Source: Candidatus Poribacteria bacterium (lineage in GTDB: Bacteria; Poribacteria; WGA-4E; WGA-3G). Taken from it: a stretch of DNA of 64,000 bases. This document shows, in pieces, positions 52,649 to 62,794 of this stretch (within the stretch, counting starts at the first letter, position 1; every line of letters starts with the position of its first letter). The notes under the pieces are model-generated. The model made no database searches. It saw only the letters and a list, made by a program, of their open reading frames with translations, and was not told where the DNA came from. The position numbers and the translations under genes were made by a program. Where the stretch lies: positions 320,001-384,000 of the forward strand of contig OZ219750.1 of assembly GCA_964291315.2 (NCBI GenBank), in the 5' to 3' direction.

Positions 52649-53428
52649 ATGCTTTCAGAGCAGCAACTCACACAATTTGAAGAGCAAGGTTATCTACTAC
52701 TTTCTGGTTTGATTTCACAAGAGGTCGTTGAAAAAGCAGAAGCCGCGATATGGCACCTGATGGGCATGGATGCGGATAATTCGAATTCGTGGAAACACTT
52801 CAAACCTCCTCCGCTTGCGGGGTTTTACATGGAGCAGATGTCAAATGGAAACCGCCTTGAACTGTTCGGCGTTACCCATCCAGATGTCTTAGGGTGTTGT
52901 ACTCGTGACTACCTTACCGTTCTGAAGCAACTTGCTTCCGAATATCCAGAAATTCCACACTGTGAAAGTGAGCAGCCAGACGGGGTTTGGGCGCTCAATC
53001 AGTTTCCTGTTTCAGGCGAGTGGGAAACCCCGTCTCCGCACTTAGATGGCGATTTTCGAGATTTTCGATTGGAGCCCGGGACGTTCCGGGCAACCAGTTT
53101 GACCTACCTCACCGATGCGAAATCGCACGGTGGCACGACCGTAATATGGCCCGAGGGACCGCAACGGATTCGTGAATTTCGGGAGAAAAACCCAGAATTT
53201 TCCAACCATGTCCGTGATGTACGCGCGCTATTTCCAGAAATAGATTTGGGTGAACCGATAGAGGTTGTTGCGAAACAGGGGGATACGCTATTTTTCCACC
53301 ATCTACTGCCACATTCTGGGGCGGTAAATGTCGGAAATTCCGCGCGCTTCGCAATTCGGTTCATGTGCTTGTGTCTTGCCTGCCGCAAATGGGCCAAGAA
53401 AGGAGAGTGGAATATCTGGATGCCGTGA
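52649..53428 (+). CDS. Phytanoyl-CoA dioxygenase family protein
   Basis: F.EQGY, HLD, YLTD...GGT, GD..F.H.L.PH....N. Confidence 0.85.
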   Translation: MLSEQQLTQFEEQGYLLLSGLISQEVVEKAEAAIWHLMGMDADNSNSWKHFKPPPLAGFYMEQMSNGNRLELFGVTHPDVLGCCTRDYLTVLKQLASEYPEIPHCESEQPDGVWALNQFPVSGEWETPSPHLDGDFRDFRLEPGTFRATSLTYLTDAKSHGGTTVIWPEGPQRIREFREKNPEFSNHVRDVRALFPEIDLGEPIEVVAKQGDTLFFHHLLPHSGAVNVGNSARFAIRFMCLCLACRKWAKKGEWNIWMP

Positions 53429-53453
53429 TCCACGTTTGATAAGGGAGTAAAAG

Positions 53454-54203
53454 ATGGCTCAGGATAAACAGATGACCTTTTGTAGATATTTCCTATTAAT
53501 GCTCGTTGTCGTTTTGAACTTTGTGATTGTGAGCGCTACAGTCGCGCAAGAAGTCTATATCCAAACAGGATTTGAAGAATTCGCTGTTGGTGTCCCACCT
53601 AAAGACTGGCAAACAACCGGGGGGGACTTTGAAGTTACTAAAGACACTGTCAAAACCGACGAACAAGCACTCGCTATCTTGGGCGGTGCGGATGGCGATG
53701 GGCTCGGTTTGCCTGTAGAAACCGATAATCCGATTCTCTCTGTCGAATTTTGGATTTATGTTGAAAGTGGCGGACGCTCTTTGAATGTCAAAGTTGCTTC
53801 TGCTGACAATATCGCTGAAAACAGTGGGGGCCCTTATATCAATTGGGATGCAGAGATGGTTCGTTTCTACGACGGTGCTGCCTGGCAACCTATTGCGGAC
53901 TTTGAGGCTGATACATGGAAGTACGTTCGTATCGTCGCTGATTTCGATAAGAGTGAATTCGGATTCACTTCAGGCGATAACAGAAACGATGCCTTGAATG
54001 CTAGAGCTGAAGACGGACTTGCTTTTCGGAATCCTGCACTCGCTCCTACTGCTAAATGGGTCGTCTTCTATCTGTGGGGCATGGCATCTCCAGCTTACGT
54101 TGATGATTTACTCGTTTATCAGGGCGCAGATCCGCTCGATCTTGCCGTTGATCCGAGTCAAAAACTGACCACATTTTGGAGCCAGGTTAAGCGAGAATTG
54201 TAA
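53454..54203 (+). CDS. Secreted beta-sandwich protein with a C-terminal AVDP..KLTT.W tail
   Basis: Signal peptide, GFE, YVDD, and tail LAVDPSQKLTTFWSQVK. Confidence 0.75.
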   Translation: MAQDKQMTFCRYFLLMLVVVLNFVIVSATVAQEVYIQTGFEEFAVGVPPKDWQTTGGDFEVTKDTVKTDEQALAILGGADGDGLGLPVETDNPILSVEFWIYVESGGRSLNVKVASADNIAENSGGPYINWDAEMVRFYDGAAWQPIADFEADTWKYVRIVADFDKSEFGFTSGDNRNDALNARAEDGLAFRNPALAPTAKWVVFYLWGMASPAYVDDLLVYQGADPLDLAVDPSQKLTTFWSQVKREL

Positions 54204-54564
54204 GTGTGATCTCTTAATCTTGACGGTAAAAAATGAAAGACAGTGAGGCAATTTGCCTGATGCCTGTACAACGGTTACGTTTTGATGACCTCTGCGATTT
54301 TGTATTGTTAGAGGGCGTTCTCACGGCGGCGAAATTGAACGCATGAAAAGCTCACTCTACAAAATGATGTCTTTGGAATTTAATTTTCTGTCTATTGTCA
54401 AAATAGGATAGCACGTATCAGGTTTTGCCGCGAAGTCAAGCGTACCTAATGTCTTTGTACCTTTTTTGTTGATTTGACATACTGTCTCCGCCTTGTCGAC
54501 CTACCATTTCGCTGTTTTAGGGTAAAGAAAAGATCGCTCTGTCTTTACCGCGGATACATGCCAT

Positions 54565-56076
54565 TTATGCCCCGGCAGTTCGCGGCATCCATAAAGGTTC
54601 TTTCCCCATTTCCGCGAAGAGCAGCTTCGTCGTTAAATCTGCTTTCAGCTCGGCGTGTTCATTGGAATTCCATAGGTTATGGATTTCTCCAGGATCCGCT
54701 TTTAGATCAAATAATTCACCATATGCTTGGTTGTAATAGACGGTCAGTTTATAACGGGCGTCAACGTAGGTTTTGACGTGTACTGTTGTCGGTTCATGAC
54801 GGTTTTCAACAGTGATATGGTCGCGGGCCTGTTCTTCTTGTCCGTACCAGACCGGAGTCTGATCCACGCCGGTCATCGGGCGTGGAATGTCAATACCGGT
54901 GGCGCTGAGGAACGAGGGGGCTAAGTCGACCAAGGTTTGCAACGCTTCTGATTGTCGCCCGGCAGGCACAACTCCCGGATACCGTACGATAAACGGAACA
55001 CGGATGACATCTTCGTAGTGAAAGGCTCCTTTGGCTACGAGTCCATGCTGTCCATAAAAGTGTCCGTGGTCGGAAGTGAACACTACGAGCGTGTTGTCTG
55101 CTAGTCCAAGCTGGTCTAGTTTTGCCAAGATTTTTCCGATATATTTATCCATGAGACTCACCATTCCGTAATAGATGGCAATATCTTTGGCGAGTTCATC
55201 TCGATCGCGTAGATGTGAGTTGAATCCGTGGATCCCTTGTCCACTTTCTCGCCAAGCGGAGAAATCAGGTTTTTCTTGCTGTGTTAGTTGAAAATGCGGT
55301 GGGTTATTAGCATGTTCCCCTCTTGTCACAGAAGGCACCGTCAATTCTGTTGGGTTGTACATGGTGTCCCACGGTTCTGGCACGAGGTACTTCGGATGCG
55401 GATCGAAGAAACTTGCCCAGAGAAAAAAGTTTTCACCGTTCTGCTGGTATGTTTCCATGAGGGCGTTGGTGCGTTCAGCGATCCATGTGTCGTAATGGTA
55501 TTCCTCCGGAATAAGCCACTTCCGAAATTGCCCACGCGCGTTCCCCGTTGGTGGTGCAAAATAATCACGCCAATTAGTCAAGTTGTTTTCTTCCATCCAG
55601 ATGGCATAATGCTGTCCAACATGGGCCTCATCGGCATGATTACGCGCAAGTTCGACGTGTTCAAACCCGTAAAATGGTTCATTGAAACTTCGCCAGAAGT
55701 CCAAATCTTGGAGGATAGGATAGGATTCAAGAGATGGAAATTCCTCAGTGCCATGAAGCGGTTGAAAATGTGCTTTTCCGACGAGGGCGGTACGGTAACC
55801 CGCATTTGTCAAATCTTCACCGACGGTATGTTCGTCTTCAGAGAGTTTTGTTCCCAGGGACCAAGCCCCATGTTGGCTCGGATACTTCCCGGTGATGATT
55901 GACGCGCGTGTCGGAGTGCAGGTAGGATTAGGGCAATAGGCTCTATTGAAGAGCATGCCTTGATCTGCCAATGCGTCGAGATGCGGAGTCTGAAGTTCCG
56001 AGTTGAGGCACCCCAAGGTGTTCCAATGCTGCTGGTCGCTGGTAATAAGTAAGATATTAGGTCTGCTTCTAGTCAT
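54565..56076 (-). CDS. Sulfatase
   Basis: PNILLITSDQ, CTPTRASIITG, GKAH, SDHG. Confidence 0.95.
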   Translation of the reverse strand: MTRSRPNILLITSDQQHWNTLGCLNSELQTPHLDALADQGMLFNRAYCPNPTCTPTRASIITGKYPSQHGAWSLGTKLSEDEHTVGEDLTNAGYRTALVGKAHFQPLHGTEEFPSLESYPILQDLDFWRSFNEPFYGFEHVELARNHADEAHVGQHYAIWMEENNLTNWRDYFAPPTGNARGQFRKWLIPEEYHYDTWIAERTNALMETYQQNGENFFLWASFFDPHPKYLVPEPWDTMYNPTELTVPSVTRGEHANNPPHFQLTQQEKPDFSAWRESGQGIHGFNSHLRDRDELAKDIAIYYGMVSLMDKYIGKILAKLDQLGLADNTLVVFTSDHGHFYGQHGLVAKGAFHYEDVIRVPFIVRYPGVVPAGRQSEALQTLVDLAPSFLSATGIDIPRPMTGVDQTPVWYGQEEQARDHITVENRHEPTTVHVKTYVDARYKLTVYYNQAYGELFDLKADPGEIHNLWNSNEHAELKADLTTKLLFAEMGKEPLWMPRTAGA

Positions 56077-56424
56077 AATTTCCCCGTAGTTTGCAAGCGG
56101 GAGCTTCCTCTACAAAAAGCCTTCGTGTTGTATTTGTTGATAACGTCAGCATAGCAGTTTACGCGGAATAATTCAAGAAGAATCTTGGAGATGCAATTTC
56201 CTGATTGCTCGTTTATGTGGTCATTATACATGGATCTTTTTGAAAGGCTTACTTGTTGTTGTTACTTTTTCTGGAAAGGAAGACTAGGATAGGGTTTTAT
56301 CAGTCGAAGGGTGCTGGGAGCTTCCAAATCAGAACGCAGTCGAGGTTACCAATGATCTCTTCAGTCTCATCAATAGACCGTCCTTCTGAAATTTTAAAGC
56401 AGGGAATCGCAGTGTTAAAAGACG

Positions 56425-56454
56425 CTGGGGGTGAAACATACGTTCCGCCCCCAG
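56425..56454 (-). terminator. Terminator-like hairpin after the distal surface-protein gene
   Basis: CTGGGGGCGGAAC-gtat-GTTTCACCCCCAG followed by CGTCTTTT. Confidence 0.6.
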
Positions 56455-56505
56455 AATTCAGTTGATTAGTAAGTTTCTTTTCTTTCTGTTTAACCACTGT
56501 GTCTG

Positions 56506-59310
56506 CTATTTATCAGCCGATTTGAGCTTACCCCACCGCGTTGTGAGTTTACCGCTTGCAGAGACCTCTCCCCGCAGATGCGTTGTCTGTAAAGTGGTGC
56601 GCACCCCGTCCATAGAGACATCTTCTATTTGATAGTAATAGATGGCATTCGGCTTCGCAGTGGTATCTGTGTAGGTATAGACGTGCTTCTCGGATGTCGT
56701 GCCGTGCCCCGCAATCAGACCTTTGGTGTTGATAACCGAAAAGTCTCCTGTCTTGCTCTCACTGCGTAGGATATTGAACCCTGCGTTATTGAGTTCGGAC
56801 TGTGTTATCCAGGTAATCTCAACGTGTCCTGTTGTGGTGTTGCGCACCGGGCGGAAACTCGAGAGCGAAACGGGTAGCGGTCCGCCGAGGCGGTAGCCGG
56901 GTGTGCCGACATCGTTGCGATGCCCGTAGAAGGTCAGCGCGTTCCCCATAAGGTCAGACTGCCGCCAAGAGGCTTCCATGAGCCCGGGATCCGCATCATG
57001 CGGTCCGGCGCCCATTGCCTTCTTGTTCATGTCGTTGAAGACCCCGCCATAGGTTCGCACAATAGATGTGCGCACCTCACCGCGTTCGGGCAGCTTCCAC
57101 GCTTGCATGCGCGTAGCGCCCTCTATCTCAACATTGCCGGCTTCGTCCACAATCGTCATCCCCGACTCCCCGGCTTCGTTGACTTTTGCCCGCAGCTCCA
57201 GATGAAAACCCTCCGCACTCAGCAACCGGCGCCCGCGCGTCGTCAATCCGAGATCGCTCTGGTGTTTTTCTTGTAGGTTGTAGACGTAGTTATCTGCCAC
57301 ATCGCTGGCACCGCTACCGGAGACCAGCAGCAATGTCTGATTCGGCGGGATATACGTTCCTGCGTCAAACGTGAGCGCTGCATCCACATACGCCTCTATG
57401 CTTGTGTCCTCGTTGCGGATTTCGAGTTCCCAGCCCTCAAGGTTTATGGTTTCAGTCATAGAGCTGTTGTAGAGTTCTATCCACTGCGCCAAGTTCCAGC
57501 GTGGCCCTGCGTCATACATAATCTCGCTGATACTGACCTTCCCGTCGAAGGCGTAGTCGTCAGCAGTGGATGCGGTATCTTTATCATCAGCGATTGTATT
57601 CACAGCCGTGTTGGGGTACCCCGGCGTGCCAGGGGAAGCGACTGTGTCAACGGATTTAGCGAGCCCGCGGTCGTAGCCGGCCCCCATGAACCCGAAGGTC
57701 TTCCAATCGTTTTTGTGAACGCGGTTCGCTTGTGACTTTGCCCAATACTTGCCTTGTGCGTTCAAGGCGACATCCCGCCCGAACGACATGGTTCGCGAGG
57801 CGAAAGTATTCGTACCGCCGAAGTCGTTATCATCAACGTCTCCCGGCTTCGTCCATCCCACGAACGGCCAGACATATGTATTGAACTTATTGTCTTCCAC
57901 TCGCTTGAAGAACCCGTTGCCGGCATAATCTTTGATATTTGTCGGCTTGCCAACGTCATCGGCGCTATCGCGCGTGCGCAGCAGGATCAGGAACTTCCCT
58001 TCAGCAGGTAGGTTCAGGTTCTTAGCGACCACATACTTGTGGGAGGCCCCTTTGTTGATGTCGGTTTTGTCCAAGAGGTCCTGGACGTTTTTACCCACAG
58101 CGAGGTCAACGTTCCTCTGGGGGTCTCGGTTATAGACGACGAGATACTCGCCGGGATTCATCTGATATTCAGGCAGCACGGCGAGGCTGGTGTCCGTGAA
58201 GTTGGCATCGCCTGACTCGTGATAACCGCTGCCGTCGTCCTTCATCTTGCCCATGACGAGGCTCAGCTCATAGTTCTTTATATTCACAGCGGCATCCGAG
58301 GCATTCTCGCTATTATAGAAGAGCTCTATCCAATCCAAGTTCGCACTTGACGTATCGTTGCGTACTTCGTTGATGATGATACCGGTAGGAGAGATAGAGG
58401 CAGGGTTCATAGCAAACCCTACTCCCGGCCCGCCAGGACCAGCCGAGTGAACAGCCCCCGGACTCCCTTTGTAATTGCCCTGGCCGTAATTATGCCGATA
58501 CTTAGAGGCTTCCCAGGAGGCTTCTGCGCTGCCGTCCCCGAGTCCCTTCAGTTTTCCGCCTTCGACTTTATATGCCTTGCCTGTGGCATCCAGCTCGATC
58601 TTCCGGTACATGGAGACCATATCCGTGGGAGCCGCACCTGTATCCGCGTCCCCGTCGGTATCACCGTCTGCCCCTTTCAGTTCCCATGCTTTGCCAAAAC
58701 GATCGATCGTGGCCACACGATCCATAACGACATACTTGCGTGCATCGGTATTCTCATTATCATCATCGTCCCACATAAACGTCTTACCCGGTTCGGGGAC
58801 AACGGCGGGATCCAACTGGCTATGGGTGCGATGCCTGATATAATCACTGACTTTCAAAGCACCGGTGTTATAGAGTTCAAGCCATTGGGCACTTGTTCTG
58901 TGCGGGGAATCCGTTCCCCAATTTACCTCGGTGATGATGACGCGGTGCTTCAGTGCCTTCAGATCGGCATCTGACGCGTCGGCTTTTAGGGTATAGTTGG
59001 CGGCGTTTTCGCCAATTTCGGTTGCTGTCGGCACGCGCATTGAAATTGTGATAGCACCGCCGCGCGTCAGTAACGCCTTCAGGTCCGCTAAATTAGTGTC
59101 AAGCTTCGCGTACACAGAGTTACTTATGAAAATATCCTCTTTCTCGAAAGACTTCATAATGAGCTCAAAACCTTTGTCTTTCTTGAGTTGAGTCCAAATA
59201 TAAAAGTCGTTGCTCTGACTGGCCAGACCGGACACAGCAAAAGCTTGTGTGGTTGCAAAGATAAAGGTGAGTCCTAAGACTACAAAAATCCTGATTTTAT
59301 CCCATAACAT
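56506..59310 (-). CDS. Large secreted lamin-tail-domain (LTD) surface protein, distal copy
   Basis: Signal peptide; three I.I.E....WIEL.N modules; GTPG; LPVSLSSF Ig-like domain; KLTTRWG.LK tail. Confidence 0.88.
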   Translation of the reverse strand: MLWDKIRIFVVLGLTFIFATTQAFAVSGLASQSNDFYIWTQLKKDKGFELIMKSFEKEDIFISNSVYAKLDTNLADLKALLTRGGAITISMRVPTATEIGENAANYTLKADASDADLKALKHRVIITEVNWGTDSPHRTSAQWLELYNTGALKVSDYIRHRTHSQLDPAVVPEPGKTFMWDDDDNENTDARKYVVMDRVATIDRFGKAWELKGADGDTDGDADTGAAPTDMVSMYRKIELDATGKAYKVEGGKLKGLGDGSAEASWEASKYRHNYGQGNYKGSPGAVHSAGPGGPGVGFAMNPASISPTGIIINEVRNDTSSANLDWIELFYNSENASDAAVNIKNYELSLVMGKMKDDGSGYHESGDANFTDTSLAVLPEYQMNPGEYLVVYNRDPQRNVDLAVGKNVQDLLDKTDINKGASHKYVVAKNLNLPAEGKFLILLRTRDSADDVGKPTNIKDYAGNGFFKRVEDNKFNTYVWPFVGWTKPGDVDDNDFGGTNTFASRTMSFGRDVALNAQGKYWAKSQANRVHKNDWKTFGFMGAGYDRGLAKSVDTVASPGTPGYPNTAVNTIADDKDTASTADDYAFDGKVSISEIMYDAGPRWNLAQWIELYNSSMTETINLEGWELEIRNEDTSIEAYVDAALTFDAGTYIPPNQTLLLVSGSGASDVADNYVYNLQEKHQSDLGLTTRGRRLLSAEGFHLELRAKVNEAGESGMTIVDEAGNVEIEGATRMQAWKLPERGEVRTSIVRTYGGVFNDMNKKAMGAGPHDADPGLMEASWRQSDLMGNALTFYGHRNDVGTPGYRLGGPLPVSLSSFRPVRNTTTGHVEITWITQSELNNAGFNILRSESKTGDFSVINTKGLIAGHGTTSEKHVYTYTDTTAKPNAIYYYQIEDVSMDGVRTTLQTTHLRGEVSASGKLTTRWGKLKSADK

Positions 59311-59441
59311 TACGTTCGTTCTCCTCTATTATATTGACTAATGTTAAGTGTTAAAAGACGCTGGCGGTGAAACATACGTTCCGTCCCCAGAATTCAGTTG
59401 ATTAGTAAGTTTCTTTTCTTTCTGTTTAACCACTGTGTCTG

Positions 59442-62321
59442 CTATTTATCAGCCGATTTGAGCTCACCCCACCGCGTAGTGAGTTTACCGCTTGCAGAGA
59501 CCTCTCCCCGCAGATGCGTCGTCTGTAAAGTGGTGCGCACCCCGTCCATAGAGATGTCTTCTATCTGATAGTAATAGATGGCATTCGGCTTCGCAGTGGT
59601 ATCTGTGTAGGTATAGACGTGCTTCTCGGATGTCGTGCCGTGCCCCGCAATCAGACCTTTGGTGTTGATAACCGAAAAGTCTCCTGTCTTGCTCTCACTG
59701 CGTAGGATATTGAACCCTGCGTTATTGAGTTCAGACTGTGTTATCCAGGTAATCTCAACGTGTCCTGTTGTGGTGTTGCGCACAGGCCGGAAGCTTGAGA
59801 GCGAAACGGGTAGCGGACCGCCGAGGCGGTAGCCGGGTGTGCCGACATCGTTGCGATGCCCGTAGAAGGTCAGCGCGGTCCCCATAAGGTCAGACTGTCG
59901 CCAAGAGGCTTCCATGAGCCCGGGATCCGCATCATGCGGTCCGGCGCCCATTGCCTTCTTGTTCATGTCGTTGAAGACCCCGCCATAGGTTCGCATAATA
60001 GATGTGCGCACCTCACCGCGTTCGGGCAGCTTCCACGCTTGCGTGCGTGTAGCGCCTTCTATCTCAACATTGCCGGCTTCGTCCACAATCGTCATCCCCG
60101 ACTCCCCGGCTTCGTTGACTTTTGCCCGCAGCTCCAGATGAAAACCCTCCGCACTCAGCAACCGGCGCCCGCGCGTCGTCAATCCGAGATCGCTCTGGTG
60201 TTTTTCTTGTAGGTTGTAGACGTAGTTATCTGCCACATCGCTGGCACCGCTACCGGAGACCAGCAGCAGCGTCTGATTCGGCGGGATATACGTTCCTGCG
60301 TCAAACGTGAGCGCTGCATCCACATACGCCTCTATGCTTGTGTCCTCGTTGCGGATTTCGAGTTCCCAGCCCTCAAGGTTTATGGTTTCAGTCATAGAGC
60401 TGTTGTAGAGTTCTATCCACTGCGCCAAGTTCCAGCGTGGCCCTGCGTCATACATAATCTCGCTGATACTGACCTTCCCGTCGAAGGCGTAGTCGTCAGC
60501 AGTGGATGCGGTATCTTTATCATCAGCGATTGTATTCACAGCCGTGTTGGGGTACCCCGGCGTGCCAGGGGAAGCGACTGTGTCAACGGATTTAGCGAGC
60601 CCGCGGTCGTAGCCGGCCCCCATGAACCCGAAGGTCTTCCAATCGTTTTTGTGAACGCGGTTCGCTTGTGACTTTGCCCAATACTTGCCTTGTGCGTTCA
60701 AGGCGACATCCCGTCCGAACGACATGGTTCGCGAGGCGAAAGTATTCGTACCGCCGAAGTCGTTATCATCAACGTCTCCCGGCTTCGTCCATCCCACGAA
60801 CGGCCAGACATATGTATTGAACTTATTGTCTTCCAGTCGCCTGAAGAACCCGTTGCCGGCGTAATCTTTGATATTTGTCGGCTTGCCAACGTCATCGGCG
60901 CTATCGCGCGTGCGCAGCAGGATCAGGAACTTCCCTTCAGCAGGTAGGTTCAGGTTCTTAGCGACCACATACTTGTGGGAGGCCCCTTTGTTGATGTCGG
61001 TTTTGTCCAAGAGGTCCTGGACGTTTTTGCCCATAGCGAGGTCAACGGTTGTCCGAGGGTCTCGGTTATAGACGACGAGATACTCGCCGGGATTCATTTG
61101 ATATTCAGGCAGCACGGCGAGGCTGGTGTCCGTGAAGTTGGCATCGCCCGACTCGTGATAACCGCTGCCGTCGTCCTTCATCTTGCCCCTGACGAGGCTC
61201 AGCTCATAGTTCTTTATATTCACGGCGGCATCCGAGGCATTATCGCTATTGTAGAAGAGCTCTATCCAATCCAAGTTCGCACTTGACGTATCGTTGCGTA
61301 CTTCGTTGATGATGATACCGGTAGGCGAGATAGAGGCAGGGTTCATAGCAAACCCTACTCCCGGCCCACCAGGACCAGTCGAGTGAACACCCCCCGGACT
61401 CCCTTTGTAATTGCCCGCGTGGTACTTATGCCGATACTTAGAGGCTTCCCAGGAGCTTTCTGCGCTGCCTTCCCCGAGTCCCTTCAGTTTTCCGTTTTCA
61501 TAGGCATACGCCTTGCCTGTGGCATCCAGCTCGATCTTCCGATACATAGAGGTCATGGCATTGTCAGGATCATTTGTATCCCTATCGGTAGGTCGATCAA
61601 TGGCAGTGGTAGAGGGATCAGCATCGGGCTCACCATCGGCGGTATCACCATCTGCCCCTTTCAGTTCCCAGTGCTTGCCAAAACGATCGATCGTCGCGAC
61701 ACGATCCAAAACAACAAACTTGCGGTCAGGTGTGTTCTCATTATTATCAGCGTCCCACATGAACGTCTTACCCGGTTCGGGGACAACGGCGGGGTCTAAA
61801 CTGGGATGTGTGCGCCACCTGATATAATCCTTGGATTTCAAAGTGCCTGCGTTATAGAGTTCAAACCATTGGGCACCGGTTCTGTGCGGGTAATCCGTTC
61901 CCCAATTCACCTCGGTGATGACGACGCGGTGCTTCATTGCCTTCAGATCGGCATCTGATGCGTCGGCTTTCAGGCTATGGTTGTCAGCTCCATCGGTGGT
62001 AATTTCGGCTGCTAGCGGCACTCGCATTGAGATTGTGATGGCACCGCCGCGCATCAGTAACGCCTTCAGGTCTGGCAAATCATCGATCTGCCGTCCCGTT
62101 ACACTGTTAAATAGACGTTCATTACTGGCAGGGGGCGAAGACTTACCGATAACAAGATTGATATGTTTCATAATGAGCGAAAAGCCTTTGGCTTTCCTGA
62201 GGGTGGGCCAATATTGATAATCTAAGGGATTCGTAAATGAAGTGATACCGAAAGCTTGTGTGGTTGCAAAGACAAACATGAAGCCTAAGACCACAAAAAT
62301 TCTGATTTTATTCCATGACAT
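59442..62321 (-). CDS. Large secreted LTD surface protein, promoter-proximal copy
   Basis: Same architecture as the distal copy; GAGGAG RBS. Confidence 0.88.
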   Translation of the reverse strand: MSWNKIRIFVVLGFMFVFATTQAFGITSFTNPLDYQYWPTLRKAKGFSLIMKHINLVIGKSSPPASNERLFNSVTGRQIDDLPDLKALLMRGGAITISMRVPLAAEITTDGADNHSLKADASDADLKAMKHRVVITEVNWGTDYPHRTGAQWFELYNAGTLKSKDYIRWRTHPSLDPAVVPEPGKTFMWDADNNENTPDRKFVVLDRVATIDRFGKHWELKGADGDTADGEPDADPSTTAIDRPTDRDTNDPDNAMTSMYRKIELDATGKAYAYENGKLKGLGEGSAESSWEASKYRHKYHAGNYKGSPGGVHSTGPGGPGVGFAMNPASISPTGIIINEVRNDTSSANLDWIELFYNSDNASDAAVNIKNYELSLVRGKMKDDGSGYHESGDANFTDTSLAVLPEYQMNPGEYLVVYNRDPRTTVDLAMGKNVQDLLDKTDINKGASHKYVVAKNLNLPAEGKFLILLRTRDSADDVGKPTNIKDYAGNGFFRRLEDNKFNTYVWPFVGWTKPGDVDDNDFGGTNTFASRTMSFGRDVALNAQGKYWAKSQANRVHKNDWKTFGFMGAGYDRGLAKSVDTVASPGTPGYPNTAVNTIADDKDTASTADDYAFDGKVSISEIMYDAGPRWNLAQWIELYNSSMTETINLEGWELEIRNEDTSIEAYVDAALTFDAGTYIPPNQTLLLVSGSGASDVADNYVYNLQEKHQSDLGLTTRGRRLLSAEGFHLELRAKVNEAGESGMTIVDEAGNVEIEGATRTQAWKLPERGEVRTSIMRTYGGVFNDMNKKAMGAGPHDADPGLMEASWRQSDLMGTALTFYGHRNDVGTPGYRLGGPLPVSLSSFRPVRNTTTGHVEITWITQSELNNAGFNILRSESKTGDFSVINTKGLIAGHGTTSEKHVYTYTDTTAKPNAIYYYQIEDISMDGVRTTLQTTHLRGEVSASGKLTTRWGELKSADK

Positions 62322-62571
62322 TACGTTCGTTCTCCTCTATTATATTAACTAAGGTGATTGATGGCAGCAGAAACTGCAGATCTATTATCTCTTACTTACA
62401 AGTCAAGTTTACGCTTGTGTTGATAACTGAGGCCGCCCAGAGACTCGTAGGTTTCCAATTTCGCGAAATCAGTATTAAAAAGTATCAAAAACCGTTGTTA
62501 TAGGCGTGAGTATCACGCCTGCTATCTTCCACATGCTGTTGGACTAAATGGAACAAACTGAATAAAATATA

Positions 62572-62600
62572 ATTATACTTTAAACCGCAGATCATGTCAA
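62572..62600 (-). promoter_or_regulatory. Perfect consensus sigma70 promoter with a ~245-nt leader
   Basis: TTGACA-17-TATAAT; leader hairpin AGGCGTGA-gta-TCACGCCT at 62502-62520. Confidence 0.8.
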
Positions 62601-62794
62601 GTCTTTTTTCTTTTTAACCAGAGTCACTCAATTGTCGTTTATATACTTTTCATGATGCTCGACACTGACGGGGATCCGCTATACCGTTAGTTGTAATTCT
62701 GAGGGCTAGTTAGCTTGAGGCACACCATCCAAGTTAGCGAAAATTCTACTACCACTTGGTCCTCTACATTGTAAATATTATCTTTTCCTAAAAT

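Larger units (their letters stand above)
56411..62351 (-). repeat. Tandem duplication with unit of about 2.94 kb, including gene, 5' UTR and 3' UTR
   Basis: 56411-56506 matches 59347-59442, and 59311-59341 matches 62322-62351. The 3' two-thirds of the genes are near-identical. Confidence 0.9.

Noticed and set aside
56506-62321. Diversity-generating retroelement TR/VR pair
   Set aside because: No reverse transcriptase in the window; differences are not adenine-specific and both copies are full genes.
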